Origin: Utricularia gibba
Lineage: Eukaryota; Plantae; Magnoliophyta
Length of the DNA stretch: 64,000 bases
Assembly (NCBI GenBank): GCA_002189035.1
Contig: NEEC01000019.1
Span: 1 to 64,000, forward strand
Reading direction: 5' to 3'
Of this stretch, positions 13,020 to 26,900 are shown in pieces; positions within the stretch are counted from its first letter, which is position 1, and every line of letters starts with the position of its first letter. The position numbers and the translations under genes are program-made. The notes beneath the pieces are model-generated. The model was given only the letters and a program-made list of their open reading frames with translations. It was not told where the DNA came from and searched no databases.

Positions 13020-15636
13020 AGATAGTAGGACATCATTCCAAGGTCATTAATCTTGAATTCATTTTTGACAAGGGCTTTGAATTCTTCAATCTTCCTTTCA
13101 TCACTTGAAGTAATCATAAAATCATCCACATATACACTAACAAATAAACGATCATCTCCCTTTCCTTTAACGTATAGTGAGTAATCACTATATGTTTTTT
13201 TGAAACCAATACCTTGGAGAGAAAGTTATCCATTTGTTCATTCCATGCTCTAGGAGCTTGCTTTAACCCATAGAGAGATTTCTTTAGCTTCAATATTTTG
13301 TCTTCATCACCTGACACTTCGAAGCCCTTTGGTTGTTCAACAAAAACAACCTCCTCTAACACACCATTCAAGAACGCAGTCTTCACATCCATGTGATACA
13401 CTTTCCATCCATGAGCAGCTGAAATGGCAAGAAATACTTTAATCTTGTCAAATCTTGCTACTGGTGCAAAAATCTCATGAAAATTTATTCCTTTGATCTG
13501 ATTATATCCCTTGGCTACTAATCTAACCTTATATTTGTTGATAGAGCCATCTGCATTCATCTTGATTTCGAATAACCACTTGAGGTCAATAGGTTTGAAA
13601 TCCCTATCTTTGGGTTTATCAACTAACTCCCATGTTTCATTTTCAAGTATATAATTCATTTCTTCCTTCCTGGCCTCATTCCATTTCGGATTTTGTACAG
13701 CCAATTCAAATGATGTTGGATCTCCTGTCAATAATCCAGCCAAAATGTCAACTACAGCATCTTGGACATCATCATTCAACTTGGAGAAAATTAGTGTAGG
13801 AGCCTTGTTTTTTTTGCTTCTTCTAATGTCAGTAACACGACTATCTTCATTATCTATTGAATCTCTGATGTTTTTGCATTTCCTTCCTTGCCAATCACAA
13901 TCAGATGGGTAATAATCTTCATCATCAGTATCAGGTTCCTCCCCATCAGATTCATCTATTGATGAGTCTTCTACATTCGTGCCTTTCTCCTCTTCTGGGA
14001 TTTCGAAATTCCCATCGAAATGTTGATCATTGGCCTAATGAGATTGTTCATATAGGGGTTCTGAGTTTGATTCTGAATTCTCATTGGATGAGTCATCTTG
14101 ATTTGTGACCTTCTCCTCCTCTAGAGGTGGGAAAATCTCATCAAAATGCTGTTCATTTACTTGATTTGAATCTTCATGGACGAGTTCTGAAGTTTCTTGG
14201 TTTGTTTAATTTCTGGAAAAGATGTTTTGAGGCATATGTGCCCAGAGGTCTCCTTTCACATGAGTGCTATGCCTTCCACGACTTTTATGACCTTCTGCAT
14301 CAGTGAGAGAAATGCAATCATCAATTAAAGTATATCTTGCACCTTCATCAAAAGAGACATCATGGCTGAAGATAAATTTCTTCTAGTCAGGTATATACAC
14401 TTTATATTCCTTGGTAGTGTTGCTATAACCAATAAATACACCAGATACAGATTTCTTATCAACTTTTTCTCGTTTTTGGTCTGGTACATGAGTAAAACAC
14501 AGACTACCAAAGATTCTAAGGAGAGCAGCTTTACCATAAGTTTTCTCAACTTCATAACCATCTCTTAGTTCCAATCTCTTTTTTATGCAACTCAATCATG
14601 AACTCTCTAAATGTTGGCTCTGGTGTAACACGATATTCAGGATACAGCTGATGGAGCTTTCCTTCAATAATGGCAAGGATTCTTCTTTCTGTCTCAAGTG
14701 CACATAACTTTGGCTCGAATCTTGCAAGTAGGCTCATGATTGCCTTGCTAATCACCTTTTGATCCTCAAGTTTTTCCCCCTAATCCTCGAATCTACTTCA
14801 CAAGCTTCATAGTATGTTCATAATAGACTTGTATGGTCTCAAAGTCCTCCAGCTTGTTTTTGCATAATATCTCTCTGAGTTTGGCATCGCCTTTATAATG
14901 GGATTTGAGAGTATCCCATATTTCTTTCGCTGATTGACACTCTGCAATATCATCAAACAGATGTTCAGAGATGGCTTGATACAAGGCATCCATTGTTTCA
15001 TCTTTTCTCTGTTGAAGATACTCAGCTTCCTCTTGCTGTTCTGATGTGGATTTGCTTGTTATTGTAATAGCCGGAATCTCCCTTTTGACAACACCCCAAA
15101 TCTTTCTGACCCGAAGGTAGCTACACATCTTTTTGACCCAGCTTCCATACTTAGAACCATCAAATATTGGAGGTCCTCTCCCAGATGCCATCATAGCCAC
15201 CGTTTGAAAACCTTTGGGTTGATACTTGGTAATCCACTAAGTAAAAAACGCTGAACAGTAAATAAAATACTGAAACAAACACAAGTTTGAAAACCTTACT
15301 ACTCTGATATCATGTTGATGCAAGAAAGATAGAGTCTTGGGAAGTAACAAAAAGGTAATGCTTATGAGATCACCTTGGATGAAAAACGACTCATTAACAA
15401 TAAGAATGACCGAAAACCTAGTTGACATGCATTCCTAGTAGGGTTTATATATACCCAATACCTAGGTTACCCAACAGTGGGCCACAATCATTGAAAACAC
15501 ACAAAAAAGCCCAACAACTCGAACCCAACACTTCCATGCTCGAACCCAACTCCTTTTTATCTGAAACATGACATTATGATACAAGATTAATGTTTCCAAT
15601 CACCTTCAACCTTTGGATGGAGGCTGATCTCCAACA
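13020..15636 (-). mobile_element. Copia element: 5' LTR, PBS, gag, internal deletion, RT; 3'-truncated
   Basis: LTR 15313-15636 (TGTTGG...ATCAACA); degenerate Met PBS tgatatcagagt at 15301-15312; gag 14793-15200 (PPIFDGSKYGSW); post-integrase motif LRIFGSLCF...VFIGY at 14383-14595; RT 13114-13779. Confidence 0.9.
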
Positions 15637-15829
15637 CACACTCCTTCTCTTCTTACACCCTTAAAGTTGATATTCAAGGTGTTCTTGCTATTCAATTGAA
15701 ACTCAATTTCGAGCTCTTCTTCAATCAAAAGTACGAAGAAGTACGTGGCTTGAACGTTTTTTTTTGTTTTTCTTTTTTCAATAAGCAAGAATGGAAGAAC
15801 TACCCTTTTTGTTTTTCTTTTTTCTTTGT

Positions 15830-18604
15830 TGAGTGATGTTTTGTTGGAAGAACATATATGTCATTTACGTGAAGTGCTGCTTGTCTTTAGAAAGGAGTGT
15901 TTGTATGCTAACATCAAGAACTGTGAATTTTGCACAAACAAAATTTCTTTTCTTTGCTACATTGTGTGTGATGCAGAAATTCAATGGATGGAGAAAAGGT
16001 GAACGCAATTAGAGAATTACTAACTCCTACCACAGTTGGAGAAGTATGTAGCTTCCATCGATTGGCAAGTTTTGTCCGTTGTTTTGCTAAGGATTTTAGC
16101 ACTCTTAGTGAACCATTGGATTAAGTGATAAAGAAGAATGTTCAGTTTTTCTGAGGAAAAGTTTACATTCAAACAATTTAATAATAAGTTTAGCTCCTCT
16201 CCTTTACTTGCATTACCAAATATCTATAAAACATTTGAAATTGAATGCAATGCTTCTTGAATTGAAATAAGTATTGTTCTAATGCAAACAAGTCAACCCA
16301 TTACCTACTTCAGTGAAAAGTTGGGTGGAGTTATACTCAATTACTCAACTTATGATAAAGAGCAACTGTACTCACTAGTAAGAACACTAGAAACTTGGAA
16401 ACATTATCTATAGTACATGGAAGATGGGTGGAGTTCATTGATACCATTCCATATGTTACGAAAGTATACACTTTTGGCTACTCTTGATGTTTAAATGCTT
16501 GGATTTTCAATAATAAAAAAATTTTATAGTCTTGATAATGATTTTTAGGATATTTATCTTTAATGTTAGCATAAACCTCATCATTTCTAAAAGCAAGATG
16601 ATTTCCTTTTCAAGAAGAATAGGTTATCTATTCTTCTTTATTTCATTCGAGAGTTTTTGGTGAAAGAGATTCATGGTGGCGGACTTATGGGACATTTTGG
16701 TGTCATCAAGAAATTGGGCATGCTCCAAGAATACTTCTATTGGCCACACATGAGAAGAGATATACAAAGAATTGGTGAAACATGTTTGGTGTGTAAAAAG
16801 GCAAAATAAAAATCCACTTCTCACGGATTATACACTCATCTTCCTATCCTATTCACCCTTTTATTGACCTTTCTATGGATTTTCTTTTAGGTTTACCAAG
16901 AATTCAAAAGGGAAAGGATTCAATCTTTACAATGGTTGATAGATTTTCCAAAACGGCACATTTCATTCATTGCCACAAGAATGATGTTGCAACCCATGTT
17001 GCAAACTTATTCTTTAAAGAGATTTTCAGAATTCATGGAATGCCATTTACCATTGTATGTGATTGAGATGCTAAGCTTCTCAACCACTTCTAGTGCACAC
17101 TTTGGAGTAAGTTGGGAACAAAATTCTTTTCTTTACCACTTGTTATCTACAAACTAATGGACTAAACAAGGTTACAAACTGAAATCTATCTACCTTCATG
17201 CCATCATCAAAGTGAACATTAGAACATGGGAAGATTGCTTGCCCCATGTTATGTTTACATACAATAGAGTGGTACTTTCTTCTATACATTGTTCTCCTTT
17301 GAATTTGTGCATGGATTTAATCTCCGTGCTCCTTTAGGCTTTTTTCCATTTCCATTTGATGAATTTCATAGCTTTGATGGTACTAAGAAGGAACGGTGGT
17401 AGAACAACCTTTGGTGAATCCCATATCGGTTTCGGGTGGGGGAGATGATGAGATTAAGTAGAATGATCACACAAACCTTGTTTGAGGTCTATTCCGGAGC
17501 ATGGCGGAGGATTCTTTATCAGAACTCCAAAGTTAAGCATACTTGGCTGAGGGTAATTTTGGGATGGGTGACCACATGGGAAGCTCCTGGCCAAAGATGG
17601 GGAGAATGTAAAACCGTGAGAGTTAGGTACCCAAAGTGGACAATATCGTGCAAAGGGGGGATGGGCCATGATATAAGAGAGCAGAAACACTACATTAGAA
17701 TGTTCAAAATCAACTTGAAATAAAAAACAAGGACTATGCAGCAAAAGCAAACAAGCATAGAAAGAGAATTATCCTAAAGCCAAAGAAATATGTTTGGGTA
17801 CATTTCTGAAAGGAAAGATTTCCAAACAAGAAATATTGAAAGCTTTCAACAAGTGGAGAGATGATCCCTTTCAATTCATTGAGAAAATGGATGACAATGC
17901 TTACAAAATTCTACTAGGTGAGTTTTGGAACATTCTACATTCAATATTATTGATTTTATTCCTTATGATGTAGATAGTGATGATTCAAAGATGATTCTCT
18001 TTAAAGAAGGGAGGGGATAATGAGATCACGGATGTCACGAACAAAGACAATGAAGATGAATGGAAGAAGGATGCCATTCTTCTTACAATGCAACTTGGGC
18101 AATAAATAGAGCAAGAGGCCAAACGAATCAAGAGCCTGACACGTGCTTAGTTCAATCTACTCAAAGTAGATTATGGGCCAATCAAAAAATGAATGAAAAG
18201 TGTGGCATTAAGTTCAATCTACTCAAAGTAGACTACGTGGAGTAAAGTTGGGGATTACTTTCTAGATCACTTTTAGTACTCTTTTTTTGAAAAGGCATTT
18301 TTTTCTAGCTATATAAGAAGGATCTCACTCTTATTTAGGAACAATTCAGGTTGTCATGTGTTTTGATAGCAATCCTACAAGTTCTTATAAAATTTAGACT
18401 TATCAATCTTTGCGTGTGGTGTGTAATGTGTTTTATCACTCACATTTCCTTGCTTGCTCCGTAAACGTGGCATCATTTTCATTGTTTGGGTTGCAGGGAT
18501 ATTTATTCCTTCTTGGAAATTTTCCTCTTTTTTTGAAGGATTGTGTTTTCTTTGAAACTCCGGATCTTTTTTTCCAAACACTTGTTGTTTAGAGGGTCAC
18601 ATCA
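15830..18604 (+). mobile_element. CRM pol remnant (RT end, RNase H, integrase) and 3' LTR
   Basis: LEEHICHLREVL...LYANIK; [28 protein letters not shown] (16875-17066); PPT aagaagggagggga; LTR 18018-18604 with TAATGAG...CACATCA termini. Confidence 0.85.
17389..17673 (+). mobile_element. Cassandra-like TRIM solo LTR containing a 5S rRNA-derived domain
   Basis: 17518-17583 matches the internal control region of plant 5S rRNA at about 53/66 by eye against a recalled consensus, with the C-box GGATGGGTGACC intact; TRIM motifs atcccatatcgg and aaaaccgtgag...cccaaagtggacaatatcgtgc; candidate TSD TAAGA at 17384-17388 and 17674-17678; degenerate termini. Confidence 0.8.
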
Positions 18605-19390
18605 CAACCACTCCAAAAGACAAAAGACCTTGTGACATTCAAGCTATCCCTCTATATTGGAAAGACACACTGCTGACGTTAACTCCAAATTCAAAGGCTA
18701 TGATGAACAATCTTGGCATCGATCATAGTGCATTTCTTCAATATCATATGTACCATGGTTGTATAATTGTTAGACTCCTCTTAGATTGGCCTCTATCTAT
18801 TTTGATCCTAAGCTTCATAGATGTAGGGCCCAAACCCCTTTTTTCTTGCAACAAGAATATCACCACATAAAGGATAAGAATCAGAAATTCAAGATTATCA
18901 TACTCAAATCCATCTTTACAAAATTGTGAAACTTGGAATTCCATTGACGAGGGGCTTCTTTGAGCCTATATAAACTTTTATTCAGTTTACACACCTATCC
19001 TTGTCGTCCTTCCACTTCATACCTTCCAATTTGTCCCATGTCTAGATCATCCTACATGTCTCATGTAAAAATGCAGTTTTGGAAGCTAGTTCATCTCATT
19101 CCAAATCTAAAAAGAAATTAATGCCAAGATGATGTGTATGATTGAGACCCTTACCACAGGAGCACAAATCTCATGATAATCCATTCTAGCCTTCTTGCTA
19201 TAACCTTTTACGAGTATATTGGTTTTGACATCTGACTTCTGAGAACCATCAAGATTAGTCTTGAATTTGTATATCCACTCATTTTCGAGATGTTTAATAG
19301 TAGTGGGTAATTCCAAAAAATTATGAGTCTTGTTCTCTCCCAAAATTTCCATTTATAGGTAGCTTCCTCCAATGTTTCATGCTCTCCATC
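18605..19390 (-). pseudogene. Degenerate copia RT remnant (different family)
   Basis: 19107-19352 EWIYKFKTNLDG...LVKGYS...DYHEICAPVVR. Confidence 0.75.
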
Positions 19391-19391
19391 T

Positions 19392-19760
19392 TGATATGAG
19401 CCTCCAAACAACAAGTATTAGGAAAACCAAATCTTGGGTTGAAAATAATCAATCCTTCAAGAAAAGAAGAAGTTTCCTCTAAAAGAATGAAAATCCTTGC
19501 AATCCAAACTATGAAAATGGTGCCAAACTCACATAATAAGAAAGAAGATGAGAATGATGAACCACACTAGACATCATAAGTTAAACTTGCTAAATCTAAA
19601 GTTCTACAAGAATTCAAAAAGGAGAATTGCTCTCAAAAGTCATTATAATCAAAGTAATCTACAAAAACTACTACAAAAGCCAACCTCTTCTTTTCTTGAA
19701 GGATTGGTTCATTTGAAATCCAAGATATGGTTTGCCAAATATTTTTTGTTTGAAAAGTCG
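19392..19760 (-). mobile_element. CRM LTR 3'-end fragment
   Basis: Minus strand ends acttgttgtttggaggctcatatca, like acttgttgtttagagggtcacatca at 18580-18604. Confidence 0.65.
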
Positions 19761-19779
19761 TATCAAATCCCAACACACC

Positions 19780-20458
19780 CATCACCATTTTCTAATACAT
19801 GTTCACTTAGAACATTGACAAAGAACATTGAGTATTTCATATACTTCAAAAGGGGAAACTATGTTTGGAAAACGAACAACAAGGGTACCCTATCCTCAAA
19901 GGTTTAAGGGACGATTTCAGGGACTCTAAAAGAATTTTCGAACACCACTCTTTACAAGGAAGAATGATTTCAAAAGAGCATGCTCTATTGGACTTTTCAT
20001 AACAATGAAGAACAAGAGAAGAGAGATGGGTTTACAAAGTAGGAAGAACACCCTTCAAAAATAAAAAGAGAGTACATAAGCACATAGCCACATTTTGTTC
20101 CAGAGTTATGTTTCTATTAAGAGTCAGTAGCATTCATCCCACTTACTTTATTCCTAGCAAAACACCCATTCCTTATAGCAAAGCCCCTGAAATCCTTTTC
20201 TCTTCTGCTATATCCTCTAATTCCTTCCCTCTAGAACTCTCGTTCTTAGGGTTTTCCTTAAACAATAAGTAGTAATACAGGTACATGAGTTAGCATCCCC
20301 TCTAACCTAAGGGTTCCATGTGGCTTTTCCTAATGGTTGCTAAAAAAAGTAAACTCCAGACGGATGTGGACCCCATCCCTTATTGATTTCATACATAACA
20401 ATGACTATTAGAGAGGTATTATGCCTAATTGTAGTACTAGAGATTTCATACCATAACG
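19780..20458 (-). mobile_element. Truncated Tekay-like LTR (third copy)
   Basis: Homologous to 8500-9164 (ccccatcccttattgatttcatacataac, attagagaggt); carries the LTR 5' terminus. Confidence 0.75.
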
Positions 20459-20797
20459 TCACATGATCTATGGATTTCTTTGCATAATCATTTTGAAATA
20501 TTAAACCCAGCTTGTCTAATTAGATTCAAACAGATATTTAGCACTTAAGATTGGGCAGTTTTTGCATTACCAAATATTTCACTAAACATAGTGGTTTATT
20601 GACAAATATGTTTAGTGAAATATTTAGAGGCCTTTACACCAAACATCAAATGCCATAATTGTTCTGCTTATGTTTTTATTGCCAATTTCTTTGGTCCTAC
20701 TAAGCTAATACAAATCTAGCATGGACTAAATGATAGGTATGAGTCAACCAAGAATCAGATCATTGTGATGGATGGCCTTATGGTGGATAATTCCTAT

Positions 20798-22296
20798 TTA
20801 ATCTTTCTTTATGTGGAACAAGAAAAACACAAGGCATCCATGAGATCTATTGATGGTTTCACACCTGCTGCTATGCACATAACTCTTCCTGATAGTAGTG
20901 TACGTAGGAATGTTGCTTGTTAGATCATCCATAGTAAATTTCTTACCAGAAATGCTAAGAAAAGGGATGGACGCTTCTTTTAGATCTTCAAAGAAGAAGG
21001 ATTTCGAATTTTTTTTTTTTTGGATCGAAGATAAAAGACTAATGGAAAACAAATGAACAAGAGAAAGATTTGCTCTGATAACACCTGATATGATCCCCCA
21101 AACAACAAGTATTTGGCAAACCACATCTAGGGTTTCAAATGAAGCAACTATTCAAAACAAGTAGAAGGTTTCCCTCAAAGACATCGCATTTCAAAAAAGT
21201 AGCGAAATTTATCCACTTACCAATGATATCTCATGTAATTGTGTCATTCTATTTTATATCGATAGGTGACCCTATAGGCTTGTTCAATCAAGCCATTGAT
21301 ATTGGATAATGTAATTAAATCTTAATTAACAGATCAATCATGAGTGATGTCTAGCATCATATCATGTCCCCAAAATGTAAGAATAATCAAGTGAATTGAT
21401 TGAGCCTTTCTACGATCAACTACCATACAATGAACAACCTTCATCATACTTATATCTCATTCGATACCAGAACATGGGTGTCTGTCTTTCTGATTTATTG
21501 AAATTATAATTGCATTTAAGTACTAACATTCAATGACCTACTCAAACATCTGAAGTGTCATTACCCTGGGCCAAAGACTTTTTGTTAGGCTTTGATGCAA
21601 TTACTTAAAATAAGATCTCATAGCTAACATAATTGATTAATCCTTTATTGATCAATCAACTATCTTCAATCTTAAGGAGTCACATCTCTTCTCATCCATT
21701 GAATCGATTCTCTAATCGACACCCACACATAGGTTCTAGTAATCTCATTACATTAATTGTGAGAACTATTGCCTAAATTTTTTGAGGAACTCAATATGTG
21801 CCAACTTATCTATATTTGTGATATCCTCATTTTATAGACACTCTAGCTAGGGAATTTTTAACTTGAACACATATACTTGAAGAATCTCACATTATGATCT
21901 GATTATAATTTTTATAGCACATAGATCAAGTAGAGTATTTTATCAATGATATAAATTTGATTATAATTCAAAGTAAATATCAAAATATAAGATTTTTCAA
22001 TGAGGTTATTGTCTCTAGAACACATACACCAACATGCTCTTCTTATACTCAAAACAAAAGGACTACTTGTGAACTAGGAAGTTATGGCCCAACTTTACTC
22101 AACTTGATTCAATTTAAATAAGTTGAAAATGTCATAAGATTCATGGTTTCCTTAGTTCGCCCATGATTCCTTCAAAAGCTATTGATTCTTTTGGGCTCTT
22201 GATATAGTGATTGGTCCAAGTGACATTGTAGGAGGCATTGTATCCTTCTTCTCTTCATCTTTATTGTCTTTGTTTGTGACATCCATGATCTCATCA
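20798..22296 (-). mobile_element. CRM 5' LTR plus PBS, interrupted by an Angela-like LTR fragment
   Basis: LTR start TGATGAGATC at 22296 (cf. 18018); LTR end at 21086; PBS tgttatcagagc at 21072-21083. Confidence 0.7.
21205..22034 (-). mobile_element. Angela-like LTR fragment with an internal deletion
   Basis: Starts TGTTGGTGTATGTGTTCTAGAGAC on the minus strand; lacks about 0.18 kb relative to 11262-12262 at 21700. Confidence 0.8.
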
Positions 22297-22369
22297 TCCC
22301 ATAACTTGACAGCCATACTCTTACTTTGATTGATCATCACACCTTTAGCTATTCCCCTCCACTCTTGGA

Positions 22370-23450
22370 ACAACTTTAAACCATAGAGTCATGCTACTGT
22401 AATTTGAGAAAAGATAGACATGCATGAAGTAAAGAAAGATCATTTGAGTGTAAAATCTTGAAAAAAAGAACATAACCACATTGTGAGTCACATAGTCTAT
22501 CTTTGCCCAAATCCCTTGACCCTTTGGCTTAGGCATCAACTCCATGTTTTAGGAGTTGGGTCATGTATTGTCTAAGTTTATCAGTAGTGATCAGAAGAGC
22601 CACCGACCAACTACCACCTCCATACCAAGACAATATCATTCATAAACATGTTTCCCGCATCTTTCTTGTTTGGCTTACCCCATAAGGATACCTCAAACAT
22701 GTCTGACATGATTACCCTTGAATCCCAGGGTTAAAACCATGTTGCTAGGAGTGGGGTCCACACCCCCTCACCCTTTTATAACATATGTTCACATAGCACA
22801 TATACAAAGAACATTGAGTATTTCATTAACTTGAAAAGTGGAAAACATGTTTGAAAAATGACCAACAAGGGCATGTAATCCTTAAAATAAACAATTAAGG
22901 TTAAAAAAAGAGGATTATAGGGACTCAAATAATTTTTGAACACCAACCAACAAAAGGAAGAATGATTTCAAAAGAGCATGCTCTTTTGTACCTTTCAGAA
23001 TAGTGAAGAACAAGAGATGAGAGATGGGTTTACAAAACAGGAGGAACACCCTTCAAAAATAAAAAAGAGAACACATAAGCACATAGCCACATTTTGTTCT
23101 AGCAAAAATGAGAAACATGTTTCTAACAAGGGTTAGTAGCATTCATCCTACTTACCTTATTCCCTACAAAACACTCCTTTCTTATAGGTGAACTCACGAA
23201 ATCCCTTCCTCTTCTAGTATATCCTCTAATTCCTTCCTTGTACACCTCGGCTCCTTATGGTTTTCTTCAACACACACTGACCACTAGTATCAATACAGGT
23301 CACCATGTGGCTTTCTCCCTAATTAACACTGCAATCTCTTTCATAATCCCCATGCGGATGTGGATCCCATTCCTCATTGATTTTATAAATAATTATGATC
23401 ATTAGAGAGGTATGATGCTTAAGTATAGCACTAGACTGGATACCATAACA
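22370..23450 (-). mobile_element. Truncated Tekay-like LTR (fourth copy)
   Basis: Homologous to 8040-9164; terminus TGTTATGGTATCC. Confidence 0.75.
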
Positions 23451-23988
23451 CCTTGAATCTGTCAGCCTTGATGTCTTAATCTCTTCATCTCAGCCTAGCT
23501 CTATTCTTCGATTTATTTTGGAGGAGGTATGATGACAAAAGTTCTTGAGTTATTCATCCACATAAATGGATGAAGGATTAAGTCGCCATTCAGATTAACT
23601 CTCTTGATGCTACTCCCCTTAACCTACGTTCATGTTGGATAAACCTTCTAGATATGAGAAGGCTAAAGGAATTGTAGCCAAAGGGTCCACTCAAGTTGAA
23701 GAGTGTTGCGTGTCGTTTTCTCAACAAATTTTAAATATGTAAAACACAAAGGAGCATAGTACGAGTATAGATCTCAGGAAGTTGAGTTTTGCGAAAAGTG
23801 TTCTGTAAGAAACTTTAACAAAATGTCACGGTTTTGTAAAAGGGAGTTTTTGAAGTACAGAAATGAAAGTTACAACCTAAGTAATGGACCTTGACTATAG
23901 GTTGCAGTTCCTAGTAAGTAGACTCCATTTCCTCTTTTTGTCTAGTAAGTGCTTCTTCCTGTTCCTAATAGCTGGTTATAGGAGCAAG

Positions 23989-26900
23989 TGTGAGGACCCC
24001 AACTCCCATGAAGGACCTTCTGGTATACAGCCGGAGATGCAGAGCAACAGGGAGCCGTGAAGAAAGGGAGGCTTAATTAGAAGCCACTGTGCCGTAATAT
24101 TTTGAGTAGGGTCATGCCTAAGACATTATATATGGCTCGACCGCTTTTGTAATGACAGTTTTCGATTTCTAGTGACCCACTCAGTTCTCGAAGCCCTCTT
24201 TGAGAATTTTTTGATTCCTCTTTCTTGTCGTCACGATAGGGAACAGGAAGAAGCACTCCTACCGGCAGCTGAATCCTGCTGAGTTCCTTGCTGAACGGCC
24301 GCGTACTCGCTCCCAAATGGCCCTCCAAGAAGAGGCCCCTGACAACTTGGTATCAGAGCAGTCGATTCCTTCGGTCTCCTCGGCATTCATGGATCCAGAG
24401 CAATTCAAAATGTTGATAGATCAATTAGAGAGAATGGATTCGTTTCAGCGTATGCTACAATCACAATTGGACAAGCTGGTGAATCGGATGGAAACCTTAG
24501 AAGGTTGCACATGCCCGCAAGCTTCTGGGGGACGAAGCCCTGGTGGGTACCCGAGTACTCCACCTCCCGGAGAACAACGGACCAGTTCCTTTCAGCGGAG
24601 CTTCAAGGCTGCCCGCCTGGATGTTCCCAAATTTAACAGCAGTTCTGACCCTAACCATTGGGCGAACAAGATGGATTATTTCTTTGCATACCACCTGATT
24701 GCAACAGAGGAGGAGAAACTACAAATAGTTGCCACCAGTCTGGATGGATTCACACAATCCTGATTTATGAAACTCTCACGGAGCGCTCAACCCCTAACGT
24801 GGGAATTGGTTAGAGGGGATTGTTGCGAAACCTTTTCGGATAATGTGGCAGTCTCTGCTATGGCAGACTTGCTTGAACTTCGCATGGATCGGGATTTGGG
24901 GTCTTACAACGACCAATTCATTAATCTTTCTCTTCGTGTAGGCTTGTTGGATCCATCTCATGAAACGTCTATTTACTTGAAGGGCTTGCCCGACGCCTTA
25001 CGAAACCAAGTGCTACTAACAGAACCGCGAGATGTGAAGATGGCCATGCGGAAAGCCATAATTTTTGCGAAGAACAAGACTCTTATGCAGCCTATGTGAG
25101 AACGCTACGGGGACAGGGGCAAGGAAGAACGCTATACTGATCGGGGCAGGGATCTTCGGGGAACACCTTCCTCGAGGCACTCTCCAAATCCAAATCCCTT
25201 GAAACGCTTACCAAGAGAGGAATTTGAAGAACGCAGGGCTAAAGGATTATGTTTTAACTGTGATGAGCAGTTCAAACCAGGTCATAAATGCAAAAAGTTA
25301 TTTGTACTCGAATTAGCCTCAGATGAAGGTGAGTCATTATACTCAGATGGGGAACAAGGCCCGGAATTATCATTGTTGGCAGCTATTGGGAGCTCCTCCG
25401 CACGGACACTCAAAATACCAGGAGAAATTAAGGGGAAGAAATTGATCTTCTTGGTGGACTCAGGTAGCTCTCACACATTCGTACGGGCCTCAATAGCTTA
25501 TAAACTACACTTATCAGTGGAACCTGTCAAGGGAGTTCAGGTAACCGTGGCTAATGGGGAAGCTATTCCTTGTGTGGGGATCGTGCGCAACTGCCCCCTT
25601 CGAATTGAAGACCATCAATTCCTTGTAGACATATACCTACTCAATGAATTGGGATATGATGGGGTTCTTGGAATTAATTGGTTAAATTCGTTGGGCACGG
25701 TGAAATGTAATTTCGAAGAGTTATGGGTCAGCTTTGAAGTAGGAGGGAAGAACTTTTTGGCACATGGCAGTGATAACGCTAGGGAGCTTTGGTCATTGCA
25801 CCATCTTGAATCACGTCTTTCCGATGACTTGGATCGAATTGTTCAGCGCATCTCTGAGACGTATGCTGTTATCTTCCAGGAACCACAAGGATTAGCTCTG
25901 GTGCGGTATTGTGATCATGGTATACACCTGCTGCCGGGCTCAAGAACAATAGCACGGCGACCATATCGATATCCTCAAACCCAAAAGACTGAGATTGAAA
26001 ATCAATGTGTCGAATTACTTTCCAAAGGGTGGATCCGAGAGAGTTCCTCTCAATTTGCAGCTCCGGTTTTATTGATCTCCAAGAATGATGGGGGATGGCG
26101 TTTATGCATTGACTACTGAGGCTTAAACTCTATTACTGAGAAGGTAAAATTTCCCATACCTACCGTGGAAGAATTGTTATCTGAGCTGAATGGGGCTAGA
26201 GTATTCACCAAACTGGATCTTCGCTCGAGCTATCATCAAATACGAATAAAGGAGCAGGACATCCACAAGACCGCCTTCCAGATGCACAATGCTCATTATG
26301 AATTCATCGTGATGCCGTTTGGACTTACAAATGCTCCTGCTACCTTTCAGTCTCTCATGCATCATATTTTTAGACCATATTTGCAGAAATTTGTTATTGT
26401 GCTCTTTGATGACATCCTAGTTTTCAGCAAGACCGAGTTGGATCACTTAGATCACTTGACGCGTCATTGACCTCCTACAAGCAAATCACCTCTTCGTGAA
26501 GAAGTCTAAATGCTTGTTCGCCGAGACTGAAGTGTCATACTTGGGACACGTGGTAGGCAGGGATGGGGTGAAGGTGGACCCAGCAAAAATACAGGCCACT
26601 AAGGAGTGGCCGAGACCTCGGACAACCAAAGGCTTGCGAGGATTCCTAGGCCTCACAGGGTATTACCGCCGGTTTATACAGCATTTTAGCATAAAGACAA
26701 CAACCCTCACAAGTTTGCTGAAAAGGAACAGCTTTAAGTGGTCACCTCAGGCTGAGGAGGAATTTATGGCCCTCAAATTGGAATTGACGCAAGCCCCTGT
26801 TTTAATTGCTTCAGATTTTTCACAAGAGTTTACATTGGAATGCGATGCTTCAGACATGGGAATTGGGGCGGTTCTCCATCAGGGGCACCCCATCGCCTAC

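Noticed and set aside
1725-15636. Inverted segmental duplication of the copia RT (1725-2400 vs 13020-13740)
   Set aside because: Many substitutions and indels and unrelated flanks; better explained as independent insertions of one family.
17518-17583. Genuine 5S rRNA gene
   Set aside because: Only the internal 66 nt match; the 5' and 3' ends are absent, there is no array, and the flanks are TRIM LTR motifs.
23951-23965. 15-bp inverted match to the Reina LTR just upstream of its insertion site (sequence-guided targeting)
   Set aside because: Purine/pyrimidine-biased low-complexity motif; a similar cacgatagggaaca also occurs at about 55028-55041, so it is likely a common LTR motif or chance.
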